A DNA stretch of 64,000 nucleotides from assembly GCA_000004985.1 (NCBI GenBank), contig GG738923.1. One strand, 5' to 3'. The translations under genes and the position numbers were made by a program. Position 1 is the stretch's first letter. Every line of letters starts with the position of its first letter. Origin of the DNA: Naegleria gruberi (lineage: Eukaryota). This document shows, piece after piece, positions 45,006 through 55,153 of the stretch. A model generated the notes under the pieces. That model saw only the letters and a list, made by a program, of their open reading frames with translations. It was not told the DNA's origin and did not search any database.

Positions 45006-45835
45006 ATCTCAAGATTAATCACTTGTTAACACATCAAGCTACTGTTCAATCAGGAGGTTCTCTTTTTGCTAATCAAAATATGACTATTGATTTGGATTTC
45101 ATTCAGGTTGGACAGCATTGTATTGGGATTTGCCACAAGTCCGATCACCAGCAAGATTGCAATTACAATCCTCCACTTGGATTCTATTGTACACTAGCAG
45201 ACCTTTAGGGATGGATAAACTTAAAACTAGCCTACCCTTGATAAATTTGTAATATAATAATTGGATAGTTTCTTAATAATATCAGATATTCAAATTACAG
45301 CTGATTGATTCACATCCAAAAAGTGATTTAACGTTTTCACGTTTATGGAAAGAAATTCATCCTCAAAACCAGTCATGGAATTTGGAAAATGAAACTCTTA
45401 CCATGAATAATAGTTTTAAGCTTGTTTAAATTTGGTATTGACAATTTGCTTTTAATGCATTTCCTTTGACAATTGAACTGAGAATGAAGCAACACCTTCT
45501 CCTTATCGCCCACCATTGAAACAGTTGCAGTAAATTTAGAGTAACTATTCACAGTGGAGGGAATAATGAGATTTTAATGCTTGAAACTTGAATGGTTGAG
45601 GTGGATGTTTCACATTTACTACCACTGTATCCTATGAAACATGAGCAAATATATTGAGTTGTGCATGTTCCTTTACCGATACAAACTGAACTACTGGAAG
45701 GTAAAGTACCATAACATGTGGCTAAGGATTGAGTGGCACAGTTACAGTATTTGAGAAAGTTACTGAGGGAAAGATCACAAACTTTAGAATAATATTTATT
45801 AGAACCGAAATTCTTCTATTGGAAATTAGAAGAAA

Positions 45836-46495
45836 TTAGAATAATTGAATGGAATGAGAAAAGAGAAAGAAAAATATCAAAAAACCAACTAGAGCAAATA
45901 CCAAAAATAGTAAAGGAAGTAAGGTTGATAATGCTGAACCTGCTAAACATCCAGAACTTATCATGACTAAATATTGTACAAATCTGAGAAAGTAATATTT
46001 GAGAAAATACCACAATCCACCATAATTCTTATAATAAATACTAAACTCATCGTCTAGATCATCTTGCAATTTAGTTTTCTTCTTTGTTTTGGCTTGCTGC
46101 ATGAATTTTCGTCCTAGCTTTAGCAAACTCTTCATTGGTTGATTGTGTTTTTGAACCCTTTCATTTTGCATAATAATTGGTTGTTGTTGTTGGTTTGGTA
46201 CCAAGATTGAATTATTCGAAACTAATTGTTCGTTACTTGATTTTTCAATAGGGAACTCTTGAATGATTTCATTGTTTGTTATTGTATGTAAATTCTCTCG
46301 TTTCGGTTGTTGAACAAAATACTTTCTGTAATATTGAATTGATTTCTTCTTTTTCAAAGGAGAAGAAAGGTTTCCGATAGTAGTTGAATAGTTTCCACTC
46401 GAAGCTATTGTATTAGAAGAAAAAGATTGAGAGGAGGGATTCATTTCCGTTTGTTTTTCTTGATGTTTCAAATTTGTGAAACTGCCAACAGTCAA
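45836..46495 (-). CDS. Hypothetical small membrane protein (C-terminal TM hairpin), S/N/Q-rich N-terminus
   Basis: 219-aa ORF. The C-terminal hydrophobic segments are ISSGCLAGSALSTLLPLLFLVFALVGFLIFFFLF. No homology recognised. Confidence 0.3.
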   Translation of the reverse strand: MTVGSFTNLKHQEKQTEMNPSSQSFSSNTIASSGNYSTTIGNLSSPLKKKKSIQYYRKYFVQQPKRENLHTITNNEIIQEFPIEKSSNEQLVSNNSILVPNQQQQPIIMQNERVQKHNQPMKSLLKLGRKFMQQAKTKKKTKLQDDLDDEFSIYYKNYGGLWYFLKYYFLRFVQYLVMISSGCLAGSALSTLLPLLFLVFALVGFLIFFFLFSHSIQLF

Positions 46496-47440
46496 ATCAA
46501 TTTAGAAAAGGTAACAGATGAGGAAGTTGTTAGGAAAGAAGTATTAGCGATAATGGTAGAGTCTGAATTTGAGAGTTGGGCATAAAGAGAGATGTTGATT
46601 TTGGACCTTTTTCTTTGAATTTATTAAACTTTCTAATTTTATTAATAATATGAGAATCGTGTTTCGTATAATTAAAACGGAATATTTAAACAATTACAAT
46701 AACGTTATTAATTGAGATTCATTGACAGAATGATAAGTTTCTCTTTAATACTTATTCCTTAATAGCTAATTTCTTTTTTACTAAACCAAAAACTTTACAA
46801 AAAAGATAAAATTGAAAAGGATAACAAATTAAAACTAAAATGGAACGAATAAAATCTAGCCCAATGCCACATATCCAAAATGACTAGACCACAGTCTTAA
46901 ACTGCCAGATATCAAAATAATCGAATCCAAATCTAAAAATGGCAATAATCTATTCTTATCATAATATTGTGTTATCTCTCCCTCAGTCAACCTCTTACAA
47001 TGATATTGATAGAAAATTATCTTCTGTAATATTTATTATTATTTTGTGTTGTTAAGCATTGGCCATGGTTTCAAAGTTGCACACTTTTGAAAGAGATCCT
47101 CAAGCTTGATAAAACACCAACACGCTCAGCACCATAACGCAGGTATTCAATAAAATTCGCGATGTTGTTTGAGAGCGGGAGACATTTTTGTAATAAATAT
47201 TACCCTGGTTTACTTATTATTTTTTTTCTTCTCTCTAAAAAAAGTCTCCATTTTGGCTTGATATATTTGAGTGACCAACCAAGCGTGAGAGGCAATTAGC
47301 GTGCACATCAAAGCAAGTTCAAGTGGAGTAGCTTTTTTTAGTTTAGAGCACACAACAACGAACGTATTCAATACGAACAACATAATCTCTTGATTTCATC
47401 AATCTTTATAGTTGTGATCATAACTAGTAAATAGACAAAC

Positions 47441-48693
47441 TTGTACATATTTAAGAACCTTTCCATGATGCAATTTACTACAACTGTTCCTTTCAACAAG
47501 ATGGAACTCATCAGAGAATTTCACCACCAACAAATTCACTTCCGTAAACAAGTCTCCACTCTTAAAGTTTTACTTGCTGGATCCGAGAATGATAGCAAGA
47601 CTCCAACCACTACAACCTCCACAATTATTGTTGAACCAACTACTAACACAAGTACCTCCAATAATACAACAATTCCCTCCACCAATAATACTAATTTCTC
47701 CTCTACTAACAATGACATGATGCCAGTTTCACCAACAACTGGAAGAACCAAAAGACCAACAAATAATCATGGTTCTAGATGTCGATCCCCATACAAGAAA
47801 GATTCTCCTTCCAAAATGAAAACTACTTTGGCAAAGGCTGCAGTCCTCAAAACCAAGACAGTGAGACAAGCTTTGGTTCTTCTTTATATGGTGCTGAGAG
47901 TTTCGAACAATACACTGAGCTTAAAAGAGTTAGTTTAGATTCTATTAACAAGTTGGGTACATTGAAAAACGCAATGGAAAATGGAATCAAGGAGTTGTCA
48001 AACTTGTGGGAAATTTTAACCGAGATGGATGAAGAGCAACCTGGTTCTCTCTTCCTTATGGATTTTGAAGAAGATGGTGAGGAAACAACTCCTGCCTTCT
48101 CCATGTCCAATAGCCAAACGAGTTCAAATAAGGTGAATTTGAGAGCACAAAGAATTCAAATCTGTGACCAAATTACCAAACTCATTAATATTGAGAGTAC
48201 ACTTTTGAATATTATAGAATCACACCAAAATATGCTCGAGAATAACTTTGGTTACTCATTGCCAAACAATAAGGAAGATGATCCAACTTATACAAAGAGT
48301 AGTTCTTCCTCCAATCTTTTACCATCCACTAAAAAGTTGGCAAGTACAAACTTTAAGGACATTATGGATTATATAGATTTTGCAAACCACATTCAAAGGA
48401 CAGTATCTTGCTCTACACTTTTTGAAAAGGCCAGGAAGTTAATAATCCCTGATGAACAAGAAGCCAACGAGTTTTGTGCTGTGCATGGAGATGTAACTGG
48501 AATGACTGGTGCAAGCCCTGTTATCAGGTCTCTTCCTTCAGCTACATTCCCAAATAATACAGGAACTAATCCAAATGTAAAGTGGAGAGAATTTATCAAG
48601 TTGGAAAAACTCAATAAGAAATTCCAAAGAAAGCTGAATGAATTTGAAGGTGTTATCGTGCAATTTGTACAAATGAAACAACAATATAAATAA
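47441..48693 (+). CDS. Hypothetical protein. Two overlapping ORFs are reconcilable by a 38-nt intron (47861..47898) or a frameshift; proposed exons 47441..47860 and 47899..48693
   Basis: ORF1 and ORF2 overlap in different frames. A GTGAGA donor at 47861 and a CTGAG acceptor at 47898 give an intron of length congruent to 2 mod 3, joining ...LKTKT|SFEQYTELKRVSLDS... in frame. The N-terminus is S/T/N-rich. No homology recognised. Confidence 0.3.
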
Positions 48694-49023
48694 ATAACAA
48701 GTATTAACAAGTTGTTCGAATGAAAATTGGTGATATTCTTTGTTTACATTTTCCCCTTTCTCTCAGCCTCAAATGTCTTAAAGTGCGCACGCTTCAACCA
48801 AAAGGACCTTATGTTGTGCTCTACTTCAATCAAACAAGAAAACTGCGCTCAATTATCCTCAATGAATTGCTACGGTACCTCGGAAAGAGTCTATTGGAAA
48901 ATAGAATTAATAATAGACATACATTAGCACTTCTAAAACGTTCGGTTTGAAGAGGTATAAAAAGGAGTCCTCAACACTATTCTCTTCACAATATTCCAAT
49001 AACAAAAAAACTGCCACAACAAC

Positions 49024-50391
49024 ATGTTCAGCGCAAAACAAGTAACTGCTAGTAAACATTTCAAAGTTTTCCTTTATGAAAACTCCTCAATTCAACCACT
49101 CTCTGAAACAACCTTGAAGGAGGAAAAACCAAAGAGTGTCCACAGACTCATTTTGGATCAAAGTGGCATTACCTTTGAGGAATTCGTTCAAAAATTGAAA
49201 ACCAAATCCATTGTCACAGATACCAATTTCAAACTCTTCTATCTCGACGATCAAAATGATTGGGTATCCTTGTCAGATGAAGAAGATTGGAAGATTTTGA
49301 ACTCAATTCTCGCTTCTGAAACTGTTATCAAGATTGTCTGCCAAAATATTGTTCCAAAGAGTGAAACTGATAACAATGATAGTCCAAAGGATCCATTTAG
49401 TGAAATTTTCAAGAATTTCAATTTGCATGGTGGTAGAAGAGGTCAAGGACATTGTCCATTTGGTGATGCTCGTCCTCAATCTGGTTGTCCATGGTCACGT
49501 GGTGGTTGTAGAAGAAGAGGTGGTATGGGAGCTGGTTTTGAACAATTTGCTCCACTCATTGAAAATGTTGTTGGATCCTTGTTCAATAATCCTAATAATG
49601 GTCAACAACAACAAGGAGCCAATCCATTCGATTTGTCATCATTGTTGAATAATCTCTTCCCAGGAGCAGCCCAACAACAACAAACTCAAGAAAATGCTCC
49701 ACAACAAGAAGAATCAAAGGAATCATCCAATATTGCCAATTCTCAAATTCCACCTCAATTCAACGGTTGGAATGATTTGATTAAGAACTTTTGTGGAAAT
49801 TTGAATGATAAGGCCAATAATGGATCTTTTAATATTCCACACTTTGGCATTGTTTGTGATGGATGTGGAAAGAGAAACTTTACTGGATCAAGATGGAATT
49901 GTGCTGATTGTGGTGATTTTGATTTTTGTCAAGAATGTTTTGAAACTAAGGCAAATGATCACTTTGATGGATTCCACAGTTTCAGCCAAGTTGAACCAAA
50001 GGCCAAGAGTTTCCTCTCAAATTTTGTAAAGAAGATGGAAGGTAATCAATCCGAATCAGCTCAACAAGAAACACCAACTCAACAAGATTCAGTTCCAGAA
50101 ACTCAATCCCATGAAAGAACTGAACAAGTTCTCCCAGAAGAAAAGCTCGATGAAGAATTATACCCATCAGTTGACAATGTCACCACTTCACAACTTCTCT
50201 CCAGTCAATTGGATTTACCAACTGCTCCTGTTGAACAACCACAAACTCCAGTTGAACCAACACCAGTCGTTGAATATGCAGTCGAGCAACAATTATTAAG
50301 AGACATGGGATTCGTTGATGATCAAGCCAATACTAGATTGTTAAAGAAGCACAATGGTAACATTCAAAAAGTCATTACTGATCTCCTCTAA
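49024..50391 (+). CDS. p62/SQSTM1-like selective-autophagy receptor (PB1 – ZZ zinc finger – UBA); intronless
   Basis: PB1 with OPCA motif (FKLFYLDDQNDWVSLSDEEDW). ZZ finger (CDGCGKRNFTGSRWNCADCGDFDFCQECF...HFDGFHSF). C-terminal UBA (QQLLRDMGFVDDQANTRLLKKHNGNIQKVITDLL). An acidic EELYPSV is a candidate LIR. Confidence 0.75.
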   Translation: MFSAKQVTASKHFKVFLYENSSIQPLSETTLKEEKPKSVHRLILDQSGITFEEFVQKLKTKSIVTDTNFKLFYLDDQNDWVSLSDEEDWKILNSILASETVIKIVCQNIVPKSETDNNDSPKDPFSEIFKNFNLHGGRRGQGHCPFGDARPQSGCPWSRGGCRRRGGMGAGFEQFAPLIENVVGSLFNNPNNGQQQQGANPFDLSSLLNNLFPGAAQQQQTQENAPQQEESKESSNIANSQIPPQFNGWNDLIKNFCGNLNDKANNGSFNIPHFGIVCDGCGKRNFTGSRWNCADCGDFDFCQECFETKANDHFDGFHSFSQVEPKAKSFLSNFVKKMEGNQSESAQQETPTQQDSVPETQSHERTEQVLPEEKLDEELYPSVDNVTTSQLLSSQLDLPTAPVEQPQTPVEPTPVVEYAVEQQLLRDMGFVDDQANTRLLKKHNGNIQKVITDLL

Positions 50392-50757
50392 ATTGTCTCT
50401 ACAATCTCTGTAAATATATCAACTAACTATCTATATCTTGTAAATAATAAAAACTCATTTCCCAAAAACATTAATCTTACTTGATTAAATAGTTTTACAA
50501 TAAAAAAATGAGTCAAATCATAAAGAGAGGTTATCAAGCTAAAGGAAAGTAAGTTTTCCTTCATTGTGACGAAGAACACTTTCCGAATCAATAATAGATG
50601 CCAAGGTGTAATGTTCCGACAAACCATTATTCGAGTATGTGATCATCACTTGTTAATAATTATTTAAATTATCATTAAAAGGCAATGAGCAAGGTAGATT
50701 TTACATTAAATTAATTTGGAAATATTAAATTAATATTAATAATTTAAATAGTTTGGA

Positions 50758-51009
50758 GTGAAAGGAGGAGCTAGCAATGATAAAAAGGATAAGGATTGTG
50801 TTTGGATTACCATGGAAGGAGAAGAAACCATTATCACTGAATTAGCCTCAAAATTAATCAACACCAAACCACTCAATTCTTGGGGAGCACAATTAACTCA
50901 ATTGAGTGAATTATCCTCAGACAAAGTAATGGAAATTGAAAAACATCAAGTAACAACAAATAATGTCGATGAATTCAAATGGAATAAGAATGTGCAATTC
51001 TATCTATAA
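50758..51009 (+). CDS. Small hypothetical ORF (83 aa); gene model unresolved
   Basis: Open frame with plausible coding composition. A possible upstream mini-exon (ATG at 50508 with a GTAAGT donor at 50549) could not be joined in phase. Confidence 0.2.
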   Translation: MKGGASNDKKDKDCVWITMEGEETIITELASKLINTKPLNSWGAQLTQLSELSSDKVMEIEKHQVTTNNVDEFKWNKNVQFYL

Positions 51010-51184
51010 ATAATCCGATTGATTCCATTGAATTAAATATTCTACTCGTTGTATGAAACTTGAGCTTTTTAGTTTTTTCTTGTTAGCCTTGGTTTTGTCT
51101 TTTTGGCGCCAAATCAAATACAAAAAAAATAGCGCAAAGGCTTGTTATATTTATTGAAGGAGGTTTTTGTTGAGAGAATACACA

Positions 51185-52587
51185 ATGGTGCAATTTGAAA
51201 ATTTAATGATGAGGTAAGATTTAAATTAATTTGGTTGAGTATTAAATAAATATTAATGTATTCTTATATTGATGTAGTGATTCGGAAATGAATCCTTTGG
51301 AAGCACAAAGACAAATCAACAACTTGAAAAATTTTGAGATTAAGGATATTGGATCGGAAAAGTAAGTGTTTAATTGAATGATGAATGTGACAATATTATA
51401 GATGGATGAAACAGAGAGAAGTAATTGAAATGCTCAATATTCAAGCCCATCAAGATGCTGCTCTGAATCAAGATGAATATGTTGCACAAGCTTTTATTTC
51501 CAATCAAATGGTTGAAATTCTAATTAAAGAATTAGTTAGTGTTGAAATTTGGAAGAATAAGGTGGCTTCACTCATCAAGGATGATTTAGCTGATGCAACA
51601 AAACAATCAATCAAACCATATTTGATTTTCTATCATGAAGCTACATTGTGTAATTTATTGGAATGTGTATTATATCATAAGGATGCAGTAGTTTATTGTG
51701 ATGAATCGCTAATGATTGAATTAGTGGACTATTGTCAAAGAAAAATGAATTTCCTCGTGCATAAGTAAGTTCAAAACACTTTTTTTCATAAATAACTTTG
51801 GGAATAGTAAGGATTTAATGAATAGACAGGATCAAAAAGATTTATTGAAATTAACAGATATTGATATTTGGGAGGATCAAAAGAAAGAAATTGAATTCAA
51901 TTGCTGCATGTATTCACTGACAATTTTCAGATTCATTACCGATCAGTTGAAGGAATTGTCTCCAGGAATAATTAATAGAATTCTGGAGAAGCATGATACT
52001 CCAATCTCTCTAGTCTACATTATTGAAGATTCCCCATTCAAGAAGAAGGAGAAATCTGGTTTCAAAAAATATAATGGAAACAAGTGGGAAACTGTGCAAT
52101 ATGATGAATACTTGAAAGTGTCGCAATATGAAGCTCAAGTATGGTTAGCCATCAATAATTTACTCGTTGAACCAGAGACAAGAAACCAATACGAATATAA
52201 CAACTTTAGAAAAGAAACTGTTTTAAGGGTATGTTCCATCAATTTAATTTCACTAACCTGTTTCTTTAGTTGAAGAAATTTTTTACAGATATCCTTATTG
52301 ACCAAATTCCAGTATTGGTTGATTTAGTAAGAACTGTGGAAAGTTTGCAAATTATGAACCCTCCTGTTGCATCAAAGAATATTTTCATTGTTGAAATGGT
52401 AGCAGAGTTTAGAGAAAATTTGTTAAGCTCTCTCGATTTTGAACAAATAGCCCAGGATCAACTTGCCTCAATCTGTTGTGAGGACGATGAAGCAAGACAA
52501 GAGCAAGTCATGTCCATGGCTAAACGCTTCGGAGACTTGTTAGAATTGATGGAACAAGGAAAGGAATTTGATAATATTAAACTTTAA
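51185..52587 (+). CDS. ZMYND10: ZMYND10 (dynein axonemal assembly factor) ortholog; 5 exons, 51185..51213, 51278..51361, 51402..51764, 51808..52228, 52270..52587. The C-terminal MYND zinc finger is absent
   Basis: Block-wise colinear similarity to ZMYND10 (sequence recalled from memory):
- GSEKWMKQ...LNIQAHQDAALNQDE matches GSEGWNQQ...LNMQAILDATVSQGE
- LIKELVSVEIWKNKV matches LVEELIAVEMWKQKV
- YHEATLCNLLECVLYHKDAV matches [20 protein letters not shown]
- LVDYCQRKMNFLV matches LVDYCHRKLTLLV
- LTIFRFITDQL matches LSVLRYITDCV
- QVWLAINNLLVEPETRNQY matches QVWIALYNLLLSPEAQARY
- FFTDILIDQIP matches FLTDTLLDQLP
The ORF terminates (EFDNIKL*) before any Cys-rich MYND module. Confidence 0.8.
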
Positions 52588-52704
52588 CCTTTAATAATTT
52601 CTGCTACTGCAAACAAGTACGATGTCGTACCATGACAGAAAAGAAATAAAGTGATGAATAATTTAATAAATGTTTTTTTTATGTTGGTAAAGTGATTAGT
52701 GGAT

Positions 52705-52983
52705 TTACTTTTGTTCCTTCTTTCCGCTTTCCTTCTTCTTTTGGGCAATTTGTTCGACTCTTTCCTTCTTCTTGAGTTTGATTTCTTGTTGTTGAGCAAT
52801 GGTGTTCAACTTCATTCTGAGTGGATTAGTACCCTTCTTCAATGATTGGTATCTCTTGTTGCACAAGAATCTCTTCTTTGCTCTACCAGTCTTTCTCTTA
52901 CCCTTGAATGGTTGCTTGTCAACCTTTGGAGTTTGATTTTTAACCTTACCGGCTCTGGCCAATGATCCGTGAACCTTACCCAT
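52705..52983 (-). CDS. RPS30: 40S ribosomal protein eS30 (RPS30), with about 30-aa Lys/Gln-rich C-terminal extension and no ubiquitin-like N-terminal fusion
   Basis: [23 protein letters not shown]....KTGRAKKR is essentially identical to the eS30 core ([35 protein letters not shown]). The ORF continues for about 92 aa in total. Confidence 0.8.
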   Translation of the reverse strand: MGKVHGSLARAGKVKNQTPKVDKQPFKGKRKTGRAKKRFLCNKRYQSLKKGTNPLRMKLNTIAQQQEIKLKKKERVEQIAQKKKESGKKEQK

Positions 52984-53638
52984 TTCTATTCGTTGTTGAA
53001 AAATTGTTGATGATGTTCATCGATTTGAAAAGGAAGCACGTTTATGTTTTGATAAATAAATGCTGGCTGAGATGGTACTTACTGTTTTTCGATTTTTTTT
53101 TAACAAAGAAATAAAAAACTTTTGGGGTTGACTCTGTATTTGCTGATTTTACAACGGAAAAAATGCCCTGCCATTTTATCAAGAAAAGAGAAGGCAGCAC
53201 AGAATTGAATCAAAATCAATACAATATCCACTATTCTGATAAGAGTAAATATACTTTATTGTACTTATAAATATATGAAGGTGGTTTTCTATATTTTTCC
53301 AAACCAACAGATATTATCTATTGGCTCAGTATTAATATCAAAGACGTATTATTTGGTCAATAAGGATATCTGTCTTTTTTGTTTCAATGGAAATTAAATA
53401 TCAGAAAGTGCATGTCATAAGTCCACAAAACAATTCATTCTAGAATATCAATCTCAGAATATATTCTTACAATACAAAAACACTCAAAATTGTCAAGGAA
53501 TATTTTCTTCATTAATATTAAAGGCCAGGAAGTAAAATTTGTAACGCGGCAGCTTCAATAGGCGCCATTTTTAAAAAAATTCCAACCAAGTTGTTGACTA
53601 AAACCCTCTCGTCAAATTTAAAACCGCTTTTGAGGAAT

Positions 53639-54806
53639 ATGAGTCGTGCTAAAGTGTACGCTGATGTAAACTTGAGAAAACCAAAGGAATATTGGGATTA
53701 TGAAAGTTTGCAAATTAACTGGGGGTAAGTTGTTGATTAATAGAAGAATATTAAAATCGAGAAAATTAAATAATTGATGGTGATGATGATGAAATTGAAT
53801 AACAATAACAACTATGGATAACAATAATAATAATAACTATATTTAAATTGGATAATAATACAGTTCTCAAGATAAATATGAGATTGTTCGTAAAGTAGGT
53901 CGCGGAAAGTATAGTGAAGTCTTTGAGGGAATAAATGCTGAGACTAACGAAAGATGTATCATTAAAGTTCTCAAACCTGTAAAGAAGAAGAAAATCAAGA
54001 GAGAAATCAAAATTCTTCAAAATCTTTGTGGAGGAACAAACATTGTCAAACTTTTAGATGTTGTTAGAGATCCAGAATCAAAAACACCATCACTTGTGAT
54101 GGAAAATGTCGATAATACTGACTTCCGTTATTTATATCCAACATTCACAGATTTTGATATTAGATTCTACATGTATGAATTATTGAAGGCTCTCGATTTC
54201 TGCCACTCTATGGGTATTATGCACAGAGATATCAAGCCTCACAATGTCATGATTGATCACAAGCAAAAGAAACTGCGTGTTATCGACTGGGGTCTTGCTG
54301 AATTTTATCACCCTGGACAAGAATACAATGTTAGAGTTGCCTCAAGATACTTTAAGGGACCAGAACTTTTGGTAGACTTTAGAGAATATGATTACTCTCT
54401 TGATATGTGGAGTTTAGGATGTATGTTTGCTGGAATGATTTTCAGAAAGGAACCATTCTTCCATGGTAGAGACAATTATGACCAATTAGTTAAAATTGCA
54501 AAGGTTTTAGGAACTGAAGAATTGTATGATTATTTGGATAGATATTCAATTACTCTCTCCGCTCACTATGAAGGAATTCTCTCTAGAAATAGATATCCAA
54601 GAAAACCTTGGTCAACATTTGTTAACAAGGAAAATGCTCAATTGGCAAATGAAGAAGCTATTGACTTTTTGGATAAATTACTTCGATATGATCACAAACA
54701 AAGAATGACAGCAAAGGAAGCTATGCAACATCCTTATATTAGTAGTATATTTTGCAAATTAGAAAATAACCAATCGTCCACTGGAAATATGGACACCCAT
54801 GAGTAA
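53639..54806 (+). CDS. CK2A: Casein kinase II catalytic subunit alpha; 2 exons, 53639..53724 and 53864..54806
   Basis: ...[12 protein letters not shown]|[22 protein letters not shown]...[19 protein letters not shown]...[16 protein letters not shown]...[30 protein letters not shown]...[14 protein letters not shown].... This is over 80% identical to animal and fungal CK2α across the whole kinase domain. The 139-nt intron has a GTAAGT donor and a CAG acceptor. Confidence 0.92.
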
Positions 54807-55153
54807 ATTCATTCTTCAAATAACAACAAAAAATAATCTTTTTAAACCCTTAAAAAAAGAAATTATATTTTAAATTTAATATTAAAAAATTAAATTCCTT
54901 AATGAATTTTAAATTGTTTAGAATTAACAAACACTTTACGTTTTAATGAATCTATTTAAGTCTAAGGCTCCATTCTTTTTGCTTGGTATACTTCTCGCTG
55001 TAAAATGCTATCTCTCAGCATTTGATTGCCTGGCAATCATTTAGGTACATTCTAATTTTCTGTTGATCTATAATTGCACTTCAATGTGTGTGATCATCAT
55101 GATTCACTGTGGTTTTGTATTATTATTAACACTCAAATCCTATTGTCTCAATA

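Noticed and set aside
45023-45208. Short ORFs in the region between the GTPase gene and repeat C (and 48720-48950 downstream of the 47441 gene)
   Set aside because: Both are under 80 aa with no coding periodicity or motif support. They are more likely 3' UTR or intergenic sequence.
50508-50757. Possible 5' mini-exon (ATG at 50508, GTAAGT donor at 50549) for the small ORF at 50758-51009
   Set aside because: No acceptor upstream of 50758 gives the required phase (the exon would end in phase 2 while the only usable TAG acceptor opens in phase 0), so the join could not be supported.
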